Virus record (IMG/VR): IMGVR_UViG_3300032291_001492
Location: 31,466 to 95,465 of that record
Strand: one strand, 5' to 3'
DNA from: a virus
Length of the DNA: 64,000 nt
The notes under the pieces are model-generated. The model searched no databases and was not told where the DNA came from. It saw only the letters and a list, made by a program, of their open reading frames with translations. Shown here piece after piece: positions 33,136 to 43,184 of this stretch; positions within the stretch are counted from its first letter, which is position 1; every line of letters starts with the position of its first letter. A program made the position numbers and the translations under genes.

Positions 33136-34094
33136 TCGCAATTGAGGCGCCACAGCCCTATCTTGCAATCACATGGCAAGTTAACAACTATTGCAACTTT
33201 AAATGTAGCTACTGCAATCCTGGTAACTGGGGAGGCACAGATATTAATGACGGTAATTTAGATTTGTATATCAGCAATTTAGCTACCATGATTAATAAGT
33301 ATAAAGCTGCCGGATATAAGAATTTTAAGTTCTTTTTTAGTGGTGGTGAACCTACAGCATGGAAAAACTTTATTCCAATATGTGAATGGATTTACAAAGA
33401 ACTACCACGTGCTACACTAGCAGTTAATACTAATTTAAGTCGCCCATTAGCCTGGTGGGAAAAGCATTATCATTTGTTTGATGATGTTGTTGCCAGTTAT
33501 CATGTTGAATTTAGTGATAAAAGAAGATATGAAGAAAACAGTATTTTCTTGTGTGATAAAGTTAATTATCTTAGCACTAAGATGCTAATGCACGAAGAAA
33601 GATTCTGGGAAGTAGTTGAGTATGGTAATTACTTAAAAACAGTAATGCCAAATTATTTCTTAGAATGGACTCCGTTATTTGATGAGATGAGTGTTAATGC
33701 AGGACCTTGGCAGTACAAAGATCCAACAAAAGAACAATGGTTACGTGAACACACTACTGAAATTCAACAAACTAAACGTAAACCTATGAAGCGAACAACA
33801 CTTACTGTTAGTTATAATAAATACGATGACGGAAGTAATGAAGTTTGTAATAGTAATGAAGTGATTGTAGCAGGTAATAATTTCTTTAGTGGTTGGAATT
33901 GTAATGTAGGTGATGCTATCTTTATTAATCCAGTAGGTGAAATGAGTTTAGCAAGTTGCGGCATGGGCGGTTATGTTGGACATATATTAACTGACATTAA
34001 TCGTGTAGGGCCAAAACAAATTGTATGTGAAAAAGAACATTGTCATTGCGGTACTGATATTATTATTCCTAAATTTATAGGAGAAACAACATGA
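33120..34094 (+). CDS. Radical SAM protein with C-terminal SPASM/Twitch-like Cys cluster
   Basis: CNFKCSYC and 'SGGEPT'. C-terminal 'WNC..G...G...SC....C...HCHCG.D'. Confidence 0.85.
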   Translation: MGKKLIAIEAPQPYLAITWQVNNYCNFKCSYCNPGNWGGTDINDGNLDLYISNLATMINKYKAAGYKNFKFFFSGGEPTAWKNFIPICEWIYKELPRATLAVNTNLSRPLAWWEKHYHLFDDVVASYHVEFSDKRRYEENSIFLCDKVNYLSTKMLMHEERFWEVVEYGNYLKTVMPNYFLEWTPLFDEMSVNAGPWQYKDPTKEQWLREHTTEIQQTKRKPMKRTTLTVSYNKYDDGSNEVCNSNEVIVAGNNFFSGWNCNVGDAIFINPVGEMSLASCGMGGYVGHILTDINRVGPKQIVCEKEHCHCGTDIIIPKFIGETT

Positions 34095-35410
34095 GTTCCC
34101 CAATACGCATAGCATATAGTTGGATAGGGCCCAGAGGCCCTATGATTAACACAGAGCTACCTAATATATTATCTTTTGCCGCCGTAGCAGAAGGAGCACA
34201 AACAACATCTCGTAACTTTTGGGCAGATGATATATGGTGGAGAATATTCCATGAAAACGGAGATTATGAATTATCTAGCGTATTCGGATTAGATCAACGA
34301 CATACTTTTATATATCCTTTCACATTAACTTGGCGTGTTCCCTTTGCTAATTATTTTTACGGGAATTCAGGAATATTTGAATTTTCTCATACTCCTAATC
34401 ATATTATACATCATGTGCGTAGGAGTAATGGTTATATTTTAATTGATTGTACTGCGGAAGCGTGGGTAGAAGATTCTCATTTGCAATCGATGCATACTTA
34501 TTTTGGTCACTTTAATCATATTCCAATGGGAAAAATTATATATCTTACTGGGTGTATGAATGCAACAGATGTATATGAAAAATTTTGTGAAAAAAATAAT
34601 ATACCAAATAATAGTAAGGATAGAATGAAATTATTTTCTTTTCCTATATCTCAAAGCGGAATCGCAACTAATTTATTTCATCAACCTAATGAACCTGTTT
34701 ATGATGTTGATATTGTCCCTGAGAAATTATTTTTGTGTTGGAACAGAAGATTTCGCAGTCATAGAACATCTCTCGCCTTGGCTCTCGACAAACATGGATT
34801 GGTGGATAGAAGTTATTATAGTATGGGATTAGTAGATCCAGAAGCGACTACCGTAACTTTTCAAAGCACAGTCAATTTATATAACGGTAACAAAGATAAA
34901 ATAACAACAGATGATGTAACTAATTTTGTAAATAAATTACCATTGATAATTGATGGTGAAAATGATATTCATCAAATGTGTCACGACTTTGATGCCGCGG
35001 CCCGCAATTTTTATATCAATAGTTTAGTTAGTATAGTGACCGAAACTAATTTTTCATCCAGAGCATTAACTTTAACTGAAAAATCATTTAAACCATCTAA
35101 AGAAAAACATCCATTTATTATTGTAGGAGTCAAGGGTGCATTAAAATCAATGCGTGAGTTTGGATTTCAGACATTTGGTGAGTTTTGGGATGAATCGTAT
35201 GACGAAGAAGAAAATCCAACAATAAGATTACATAAAATAATAGAAGTTTGTAAAGATATAGGAAATTGGGATAGAGAAAAAATACTCGATTTTAAAAGAA
35301 AAGTAAAACCAATATTAGAGAATAACTATATAATGGTGCAAAGTAACACTGCTAAAGTTGTAGCAGGAAAAATAGAAAATACAATAAGGCAAGGGAAAAA
35401 CTTACTATGA
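34091..35410 (+). CDS. Putative glycosyltransferase-like protein ('TEK' motif family, copy 1)
   Basis: 'FLCWNRR.RSHR' and 'SIVTET...LTEKSFKP...HPFIIVG...GFQTF..FWDESYD' recall the GT10-type donor-binding region. Confidence 0.5.
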   Translation: MSSPIRIAYSWIGPRGPMINTELPNILSFAAVAEGAQTTSRNFWADDIWWRIFHENGDYELSSVFGLDQRHTFIYPFTLTWRVPFANYFYGNSGIFEFSHTPNHIIHHVRRSNGYILIDCTAEAWVEDSHLQSMHTYFGHFNHIPMGKIIYLTGCMNATDVYEKFCEKNNIPNNSKDRMKLFSFPISQSGIATNLFHQPNEPVYDVDIVPEKLFLCWNRRFRSHRTSLALALDKHGLVDRSYYSMGLVDPEATTVTFQSTVNLYNGNKDKITTDDVTNFVNKLPLIIDGENDIHQMCHDFDAAARNFYINSLVSIVTETNFSSRALTLTEKSFKPSKEKHPFIIVGVKGALKSMREFGFQTFGEFWDESYDEEENPTIRLHKIIEVCKDIGNWDREKILDFKRKVKPILENNYIMVQSNTAKVVAGKIENTIRQGKNLL

Positions 35411-36384
35411 AAAAAATATTAGTATGTGGTGCAGGTGGATTCATTGGCTCTCACCTAGTAGAAAAATTAAAAGAACAAGGTAACTATGTTATAGGAGTTG
35501 ACTTGCATTACCCATTGTATAGTTCAACTAAAGCTGATGTATTTTATCTAATGGATTTGCGTGAACAAGAAAATGTTCGTAAATTAATTACACGTGATAT
35601 TGATGAAATTTATCAACTAGCCGCAGACATGGGCGGAGCAGGATATATTTTTACAGGTGAGCATGATGCTGACATTATGCATAACAGTTGTCAAATTAAT
35701 TTGAATGTACTAGATGCAATGGTTAAAGCTAACGTAAAGAAAGTGTTTTATAGTTCAAGCGCATGTATGTATCCGAGTCATAATCAGGAAGATCCTGATA
35801 ATCCATTGATGGCAGAAGATAGTGCATACCCGGCTAATCCAGATAGTGAGTACGGCTGGGAAAAACTATTTAGTGAACGTTTGTATATGACATATGCTAA
35901 GAACTATGGATTTGATGTACGTATTGCAAGATTTCATAATATTTTCGGGCCGCATGGTTCATGGGATAACGGTAAAGAAAAAGCACCGGCGGCGTTATGT
36001 CGTAAAGTAGCACTATGCAAAGATGGTGGAGTTGTTGATGTTTGGGGTCCTGGAAATCAAACTCGTAGTTTCTTATTCATTGACGAATGTGTTGAAGGTA
36101 TACAGCGTATTATGAATAGCAATTATACTAAGCCAGTTAATCTAGGAAGTACTAGAATGATTAGTATTAATGACTTAGTAAAATTAATTGCATTATTGAA
36201 CGGAAAGAATATTGATATTCGCAATATTGATGGACCTCGCGGTGTTATGGGTCGTAACAGTGATAACAAATTAATTAAAGAAGTTATAGGTTGGGTACCA
36301 GACGAAGATTTAGAATCTGGCTTGATTAAAACTTATAAATGGATTGATGAACAGATTCAATTAGGACTGAAGGATGCGGCATGA
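35407..36384 (+). CDS. NAD-dependent nucleotide-sugar epimerase (GDP-mannose 3,5-epimerase-like)
   Basis: GAGGFIG Rossmann motif; 'LAADMGGAGYI'; 'SSSACMYP'; YGWEK catalytic YxxxK; 'EKAPAA.CRK'. Confidence 0.88.
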   Translation: MKKILVCGAGGFIGSHLVEKLKEQGNYVIGVDLHYPLYSSTKADVFYLMDLREQENVRKLITRDIDEIYQLAADMGGAGYIFTGEHDADIMHNSCQINLNVLDAMVKANVKKVFYSSSACMYPSHNQEDPDNPLMAEDSAYPANPDSEYGWEKLFSERLYMTYAKNYGFDVRIARFHNIFGPHGSWDNGKEKAPAALCRKVALCKDGGVVDVWGPGNQTRSFLFIDECVEGIQRIMNSNYTKPVNLGSTRMISINDLVKLIALLNGKNIDIRNIDGPRGVMGRNSDNKLIKEVIGWVPDEDLESGLIKTYKWIDEQIQLGLKDAA

Positions 36385-37265
36385 AGAAATATATAATAGG
36401 ATTAGGTTGTAGCTGGACACAAGGCGAGGGTGGATATCCAGAAGAAATATGGAAACAATATAATGGAAGCCCTCAAAGAGCATTGCGTTGCAAAGATGAT
36501 TATCATATTAGGCACTATGAACATGAAAACAGTTGGGTTAACGTTTTGTGCCGCGACTATTTCAATGATTACACTCCGGTCAACTTAGGTGTTAAGGGTA
36601 TTGGTAATAGGGCGGCAGTTCATCAGTTACATTTTTGTGATGTAATTGATTGGGAGAACAGTGAAGGCATTATTGTTTTAATGTTGAGTGGATTTGAAAG
36701 GTTTGATTTCTTCCAACAACAACCTAAACGTAACGAAGGCAATGATAACAAATACAGCACTCCGGGTGAGTTTGCACATCATAAGTGGCGCACAGCATGG
36801 CCTATACCCAATCAGGGCGGGGAAGAAGCACCACTATACACTGTGTACAGTGATATGTTATGGAGTGAACAATTTGTTGCGTGTGAACAAATGATGGCTC
36901 TTTTAGATGCACAAACATTTGCCAAAGCACATGGATTCAAACTAGTAGTTGCAAATGGGTTTAATCAACGACGAGAAGGTATAAAAACTTATTTACGAAA
37001 CAATGCAGGAAGTTTAACTGACAAATTTAATTGGGATTCTTACATACATCATACTACGGATTATTCCGCATTTGTAGAAAAGCTAGTTCGACTAGATGGA
37101 CTTATTCCTGCTCGTAATTGGGATAGATTCCATTCATTCTATAGTCAACGTGATTGGCCTGCTAAATATCTTACAAACTGTGAAGGTGCACATCCTACCC
37201 TTGAGGGTTATAAAGTAATAGGAAGTGAACTCGCACAATTTATAAGATTGCGTGGTTATGTCTAA
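36381..37265 (+). CDS. SGNH/GDSL-like hydrolase or acyltransferase
   Basis: N-terminal 'GCSWTQG' (GxS block I), 'NLG..G.GN' block II and C-terminal 'HPT..GY..I'. Confidence 0.55.
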   Translation: MKKYIIGLGCSWTQGEGGYPEEIWKQYNGSPQRALRCKDDYHIRHYEHENSWVNVLCRDYFNDYTPVNLGVKGIGNRAAVHQLHFCDVIDWENSEGIIVLMLSGFERFDFFQQQPKRNEGNDNKYSTPGEFAHHKWRTAWPIPNQGGEEAPLYTVYSDMLWSEQFVACEQMMALLDAQTFAKAHGFKLVVANGFNQRREGIKTYLRNNAGSLTDKFNWDSYIHHTTDYSAFVEKLVRLDGLIPARNWDRFHSFYSQRDWPAKYLTNCEGAHPTLEGYKVIGSELAQFIRLRGYV

Positions 37266-39183
37266 AAAAATAATTAGTTTTGTAAATCCAAATTTTCAGC
37301 AAGGCCCTAAAGAATTTAATGCATATTATCTTCCGTATAGCCCTGCTGTCCTATGGTCATACGTAGCACAATTTGAAAACATTACTAAAGAATATGAATT
37401 GGGTGAATTCATTTGGCGTAGAGATTTAATTGAAGAAGCAGTAGCTAGACTAAAAGATCATGCAATTGTTGGATTCAGTACATATATTTGGAATCGTAGT
37501 TATAATACTGTGTTAGCACGTGAATTAAAAAAGGCTAATCCAAACATTCTTATTCTTGCAGGTGGACCAGAGTACCCTATTGAGAAACCACACTTTTTTA
37601 AAACATACCCATTCATTGATATTTGTGCTAAGTTAGAAGGAGAAAAATCATTCAAAAAGATTCTTGAACACTTCTTAACAGATAAAGACTATACATCTAT
37701 TCCTGGCTTGTTAATTAACAATAACGGAGAGACAATCGATACAGGCGATGCTATACGTATTGACGATTTGGATACAATACCTAGTCCATACTTAACTGAT
37801 GTATTCAAAAGTCTCATGGAAAAACATCCAGAGATACGTTGGAATGCTACACTAGAAACAAACAGAGGTTGTCCATATGCTTGTACTTTTTGCGACTGGG
37901 GTTCACTAACATATAACAAAGTTAAAAAGTTTAACCTTGAACGTGTATATGAAGAACTAGAGTGGATCGGAAAGAACCAATGTGACTTTGTTAGTTTGAC
38001 TGATGCTAACTTTGGTATCTTCCCTGAACGTGACAGCATGATTGCTGATAAACTAATTGCTGTTCAAAAAGAATATAACAATCCTAAAGCATATACAATT
38101 GCATGGGCAAAGAATCAAAAACGTGAAGTAGTAGAGATTGTACGTAAATTAATTTATGAAGGTGGCAGTAAGATGGGTCTTAATCTGTCTGTGCAGTCTA
38201 TGGATGATAATGTACTTGAGATTATCAAACGCAAGAATTTAGAAATGAATAAGATCACCGAAGTCTTTGAGATGTGCGAAGAATATAATATCCCGTTATA
38301 TACTGAATTAATTTTAGGCTTGCCCGGTGAAACATTAGAAACTTGGAAAGATAATTTCTACAAGTTATATAAAGCAGGCAATCATACTGGTATCACTGTT
38401 TATCAAGCACAACTACTAGAAAACGCTGAAATGAATTTGTTACAGCGTAAGTTGTATAAACTAGAAGGTCAGATTGTATATGATTATCTGGTCGGTACAT
38501 ATAATGAACACGAATTAAAAGAGGGTATTGAAGTTATTGTTTCAACAAAAGATTTACCATTTGACAAAATGGTTGATGCTCAAATCTTTAGTTGGTTTAT
38601 GAACACGTTTCACATTAACGGTATTACTAACTATATCAGTCGATTTTTGTTCAAATATTCAAATATAGAATATGAAACATTCTATGGTAAACTTTTAGAA
38701 CACATTGAAAAAGATGATTGGTTTCTAAATGAAACAAAACGTATCAGAGAGCATTATAGTAATTGGAGTAAGTACGGCAGAATAGACCATGAACCTATTC
38801 AGGGTATGGAAATTCATGGCTGGAACTTAATTCATAGCACGTTGATTAACTTGCATGGTCAAGGTAAACACGAACATGTATTCAATATTATACGTGACTT
38901 TACAAAACAATTTAATCTACCAGAAGATATTTTTGAAGAATTAATGAAGTTCCAAAGTACTTTCTTAGTTGACCACAATAAGATACAACAGTATCCTCAA
39001 GTATTAGAGTTTAACCATGACATTATGGGTTATATTCAAACTGGTATGGAACTAAACAATCCTGTTAAGTATGAATTTGATTTTCCAGAAGATAAAGATA
39101 TGAGTTTACAAAGATTCTGTGAACAGATATTCTTTGCTAGAAGAAGAAATTTTGGTAAATCATGGGTGACTAAGAATGCCTAA
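37252..39183 (+). CDS. B12-binding radical SAM protein (class B methylase-like); start probably ATG 37258
   Basis: Cobalamin-binding 'VGFSTYIWN...LAGGP...EGE'; 'ETNRGCPYACTFCDW'; 'ILGLPGET'. Confidence 0.85.
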   Translation: MVMSKKIISFVNPNFQQGPKEFNAYYLPYSPAVLWSYVAQFENITKEYELGEFIWRRDLIEEAVARLKDHAIVGFSTYIWNRSYNTVLARELKKANPNILILAGGPEYPIEKPHFFKTYPFIDICAKLEGEKSFKKILEHFLTDKDYTSIPGLLINNNGETIDTGDAIRIDDLDTIPSPYLTDVFKSLMEKHPEIRWNATLETNRGCPYACTFCDWGSLTYNKVKKFNLERVYEELEWIGKNQCDFVSLTDANFGIFPERDSMIADKLIAVQKEYNNPKAYTIAWAKNQKREVVEIVRKLIYEGGSKMGLNLSVQSMDDNVLEIIKRKNLEMNKITEVFEMCEEYNIPLYTELILGLPGETLETWKDNFYKLYKAGNHTGITVYQAQLLENAEMNLLQRKLYKLEGQIVYDYLVGTYNEHELKEGIEVIVSTKDLPFDKMVDAQIFSWFMNTFHINGITNYISRFLFKYSNIEYETFYGKLLEHIEKDDWFLNETKRIREHYSNWSKYGRIDHEPIQGMEIHGWNLIHSTLINLHGQGKHEHVFNIIRDFTKQFNLPEDIFEELMKFQSTFLVDHNKIQQYPQVLEFNHDIMGYIQTGMELNNPVKYEFDFPEDKDMSLQRFCEQIFFARRRNFGKSWVTKNA

Positions 39184-40123
39184 AAAATATTACACCTCAA
39201 TAAATGGTTTTAATTTTAAGGAAATATTAAACACTGATGCAAGTGAAATTGTTTTACTAAGTGAGACTGAGTGGGAAATTAATATTCCTAAGTATTTTTT
39301 AGACGAACTAAAAGTCCCGTTGACTATTGTGTTAGGATCGTTTAATTGCAAATACTATGATGAAAGATATAAGAATATCAATGTAGAATATTGGGATACT
39401 CATTGGCTAGGTTGGTCATTGATGCAACTTAAAAATGAACACTGGTTTAAAACATATAAATCTAAAACTGAGTTTAAACACCCTTTTATATCATTAAACA
39501 ATAGAAGTCACATACATCGTTGTGTATTCATTGATGAGTTAGCAAAACAAAACTTAGTTGACAAGGGTGTAGTTACTTGGATTAAACATTTAAATGAAAA
39601 TTCAAATTATTCTTATCAATATTTTGATAATCAAATTAGAAAACTTGATGATGACTTTCAAACACAATTAAACAGTTTTATTATACCTCAAGAGTTCCAT
39701 GATTCGTTTTTCCATGTAGTTACTGAAGCAACATGTGTAACACCTTTCTTAACTGAAAAAACAGCGATTCCTTTATTACTAAAGAAACCTTTTACGATAA
39801 TAGGGTCACAATATTATAATCAAAAACTTACTGAATTGGGTTTTAAATTATATGATGAATTGATTGATTATGAATATGATAGCGTACAGGACTTACATGA
39901 ACGATCCAGATTGTTTGTGAACAACATACATAGTATTGTGAATTGTAATTCTATAGAAATGTATGAAGTGTTAAAGCCTAAAATTGAGTTCAATTATAAT
40001 CGTGCTTTAGAGATTATTAACGATACTAATTTTATTCCTGATACTATAAAAGAACGACATGGTTCTGGCGCAAATGATTTAATAGTAGATGGTAGATACG
40101 AAGTATTGATGAGGAGTATATGA
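39176..40123 (+). CDS. 'TEK' motif glycosyltransferase-like protein (copy 2)
   Basis: 'SLNNR.HIHR'; 'HVVTEA....FLTEKT..P...KPF...GFKLYDELIDYEYD'. Confidence 0.5.
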   Translation: MPKKYYTSINGFNFKEILNTDASEIVLLSETEWEINIPKYFLDELKVPLTIVLGSFNCKYYDERYKNINVEYWDTHWLGWSLMQLKNEHWFKTYKSKTEFKHPFISLNNRSHIHRCVFIDELAKQNLVDKGVVTWIKHLNENSNYSYQYFDNQIRKLDDDFQTQLNSFIIPQEFHDSFFHVVTEATCVTPFLTEKTAIPLLLKKPFTIIGSQYYNQKLTELGFKLYDELIDYEYDSVQDLHERSRLFVNNIHSIVNCNSIEMYEVLKPKIEFNYNRALEIINDTNFIPDTIKERHGSGANDLIVDGRYEVLMRSI

Positions 40124-41208
40124 TAATTATAGGACAAGTTTGGAACTATAATTTTGGATTGCTTCTAACACAATTAGAAGAAAATTTACCAAATGTAAAA
40201 CATATTATTTTTGATTTCTTATTAGAGAGTAGCTATATACCTTCTATTAATCAACAAGAAGCATACTATAAGATGATTGATTTGGCATATGAAAATAATA
40301 TACCAGTCACTATACTTACACCATTTGATAGAACAGCAGAACCATTATTAGATTTTTCTCAACCTAAATTTGGACGTATTAAAATGATTTATTGGGAAAC
40401 ATTTTGGTTTAAACGTACTTACGTTGTATGGACAGCACCTTATAAAATTAGAGATAACTTAGAAAAGAATCTTGATATTGAAAGATTTGATAGCAGTAGA
40501 GAATTAAATGACTTTAAATATCCCTACATTACATTAAACAATATTTCAAAACTACACCGATCATTAGTGATGGATTTACTTGCAAAACATAACTTAATTG
40601 ATGTTGGTGCAATTGCATGGAGAGATATCAATCATGCCTGTGATGAAGTTAGACATACGTTCCCTGAGGGTATGACAGATAGTATGTATTTAGGATATCC
40701 ATATGAATATTGGAAACCAAAAAGAATGATATTGGATATGAACATCAGTGAGATTTTTAACCAAGAAACTATGCCATCTGAATTTAATCAATCATTCATG
40801 CAATTGGTTACTGAATCTGATTCAGATATTACTTTCTTTACTGAAAAAACTGCCACACCTATATTGTTTAACAAACCATTTTTAGTTGCATCAAATCAAA
40901 ATTTTCACAGTAGATTGCGTAGTTTTGGATTCGTAGACTATGATGAGTTATTTGACTATTCATTTGACAGTGAACCAAACATTGCATTAAGGTATGAGGG
41001 ATTGGTTGAAAATGTAAAAAGATATGCATCCTTTGATAAACAACAATTGAAAAAGCTACATGATAGAATATTTGACAAGTTATTGTACAACAAACAACAA
41101 GCAATGAATATTGTTAATAATATTCCACCTGAAATTGCAGAAATTGTTGATTACTTAAAACATGAAAACGTTCAAGGGTATGATGGACCACTAAATATAT
41201 TTCTATGA
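40120..41208 (+). CDS. 'TEK' motif glycosyltransferase-like protein (copy 3)
   Basis: 'TLNN..KLHR'; 'QLVTES....FFTEKT..P...KPF...GFVDYDELFDYSFD'. Confidence 0.5.
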   Translation: MIIIGQVWNYNFGLLLTQLEENLPNVKHIIFDFLLESSYIPSINQQEAYYKMIDLAYENNIPVTILTPFDRTAEPLLDFSQPKFGRIKMIYWETFWFKRTYVVWTAPYKIRDNLEKNLDIERFDSSRELNDFKYPYITLNNISKLHRSLVMDLLAKHNLIDVGAIAWRDINHACDEVRHTFPEGMTDSMYLGYPYEYWKPKRMILDMNISEIFNQETMPSEFNQSFMQLVTESDSDITFFTEKTATPILFNKPFLVASNQNFHSRLRSFGFVDYDELFDYSFDSEPNIALRYEGLVENVKRYASFDKQQLKKLHDRIFDKLLYNKQQAMNIVNNIPPEIAEIVDYLKHENVQGYDGPLNIFL

Positions 41209-41981
41209 ATATTGATTGGACAAAATATAAACGCTTTTTTTCTTTTGGATGCAGTTTTACTAGCTATATGTGGCCTACATGGGCTGATGTTGTTTCTAAA
41301 GAAATGCCTAACGCTGAATTCTTTAATTTGGGTGTTAGTGGTTGCGGTAATCTTTTAATTTCATTGCGAGTTGCAGAAGCAAATGCAAGATTTAAATTTA
41401 CTGATACGGATTTAATTATGGTTATGTTTACAACATACACTAGAGAAGATCGCTACATAGATGATAAATGGCTTACTGCAGGTAATATTTACCATAATGA
41501 TATTTATCCTAAACAATGGGTAAAAGAATTTTGCAATGAACGTGGTTATTTAATACGTGATGCGGCTTTGATGGAAAACACGACTCGATATTTAGAATCA
41601 TTACCCTCTGATAGTTATTGTATGTTGAGTGTTCCCTTTAGAGAAGGAGCAAATGAGTGCGATTCTCCGTATGAAAATGTAAACAGTGACATATATAATT
41701 TATATTCAGATACTTTTATTAAATTTCCACCCTCAATGTATGAACTTGAACTTAAAAATATGTGGGAACCTGACTATAAAGGTTTTGATGACGGACATCC
41801 CACTACGATTCGTTATTATAATTATTTAGAAAAAATAGGATTAACACTATCAGAAAGTACAAAACAGTTTGCATTAGATGCAACACAAATATTAGTAGAA
41901 TCAAAAAGCAGAGCCATACTGCCTATAATGTTTCCTGAACAAGATAATAATATCTCAAAAGCATGTAAATTAATGTTTTAA
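41205..41981 (+). CDS. SGNH/GDSL-like protein
   Basis: 'FGCSFT', 'NLG.SG.GN' and C-terminal 'DGHPT' (DxH). Confidence 0.55.
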   Translation: MNIDWTKYKRFFSFGCSFTSYMWPTWADVVSKEMPNAEFFNLGVSGCGNLLISLRVAEANARFKFTDTDLIMVMFTTYTREDRYIDDKWLTAGNIYHNDIYPKQWVKEFCNERGYLIRDAALMENTTRYLESLPSDSYCMLSVPFREGANECDSPYENVNSDIYNLYSDTFIKFPPSMYELELKNMWEPDYKGFDDGHPTTIRYYNYLEKIGLTLSESTKQFALDATQILVESKSRAILPIMFPEQDNNISKACKLMF

Positions 41982-41987
41982 AGGAAT

Positions 41988-43184
41988 ATGATGAAAAAAG
42001 TAGCAATGATAGGTGTTGGTAAATTAGGACAAGATTGTGCTGAGGTTATGGCTGATGCGGGTAACGATGTAGTTGGGTATGATATAGAATATAGACTACC
42101 TATGTTTCCTATGAAAGAGACTATAGAAGAAGCAGTAAAAGATAGAGATATTATCTTTATCGCGGCACCAACACCTCACGATCCTATCTATGGTGGCGAA
42201 ACCCCGACAAGTCATTTACCTAATAAGGATTTTGATTATACAATAGTTAAAGATATTTTAGAAGAAGTTAATAAACACGTTAATAAAAGTCAATTAGTTG
42301 TCCTCATCAGTACCGTATTACCCGGAACAGTTCGCTCTTTACTTGAACCCTGTATCACTAACGCAAGGTTCATTTATAATCCTTATTTGATTGCAATGGG
42401 CACTATTAAGTGGGACATGGTCAATCCTGAAATGATAATTATTGGTACACAAGATGGTAGTATTACTGGTGATGCTAGTGAACTAATTGACTTTTATAAA
42501 GTGTTTATGAAAAATGATCCTCGCTATGAAGTAGGCACGTGGGATGAAGCAGAAGCAATTAAAATTTTCTATAATACATTTATAAGTACCAAACTTGCAT
42601 TAGTTAATATGATACAAGATGTAGCAGAAACTAATGGTAATATGAACGTTGATGTAGTCACGCAAGCACTAGCAAAATCAACACATCGTATCATGGGTCC
42701 TGCATATATGAAAGCAGGACTGGGTGATGCAGGTGCATGTCACCCTAGAGATAACATCGCACTGAGATATCTTGCTGAACGATTAGATTTAGGTTATGAT
42801 TTGTTTGATAGCATTATGACCGCTAGAGAAAAACAAGCCGAGCGTATGGCACAAAAGTGTTTGCAGTATGGCAAGAATATTACAATAATCGGTAAGGCAT
42901 ACAAGCCAGGTGTTCCTTATATAAACGGTAGTGCTAGTATGCTTGTAGGTCACTATATTCAAAAACATGGCGGCACCGTTCATTACTATGATTTAAATAC
43001 AGGCGATAATGAATTACGTGAAGATTGGACTCATGTATACTTAATTGGATATTGGGAGGAATGGGTAAACAGAATTTCATTACAAAATTCAGGGTGTGTT
43101 TTAATTGATCCATGGAGAATAGCAGAACACAGACACCACACTGGTGAAATTGTTTATTACGGTAACACTAGAAAGAAAAAATGA
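41988..43184 (+). CDS. UDP-glucose/GDP-mannose dehydrogenase family protein
   Basis: GVGKLG Rossmann motif; 'STVLPGT'; 'AEAIK.FYN'; catalytic-Cys loop 'GLGDAGACHPRD'; 'G.AYKP'. Confidence 0.85.
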   Translation: MMKKVAMIGVGKLGQDCAEVMADAGNDVVGYDIEYRLPMFPMKETIEEAVKDRDIIFIAAPTPHDPIYGGETPTSHLPNKDFDYTIVKDILEEVNKHVNKSQLVVLISTVLPGTVRSLLEPCITNARFIYNPYLIAMGTIKWDMVNPEMIIIGTQDGSITGDASELIDFYKVFMKNDPRYEVGTWDEAEAIKIFYNTFISTKLALVNMIQDVAETNGNMNVDVVTQALAKSTHRIMGPAYMKAGLGDAGACHPRDNIALRYLAERLDLGYDLFDSIMTAREKQAERMAQKCLQYGKNITIIGKAYKPGVPYINGSASMLVGHYIQKHGGTVHYYDLNTGDNELREDWTHVYLIGYWEEWVNRISLQNSGCVLIDPWRIAEHRHHTGEIVYYGNTRKKK

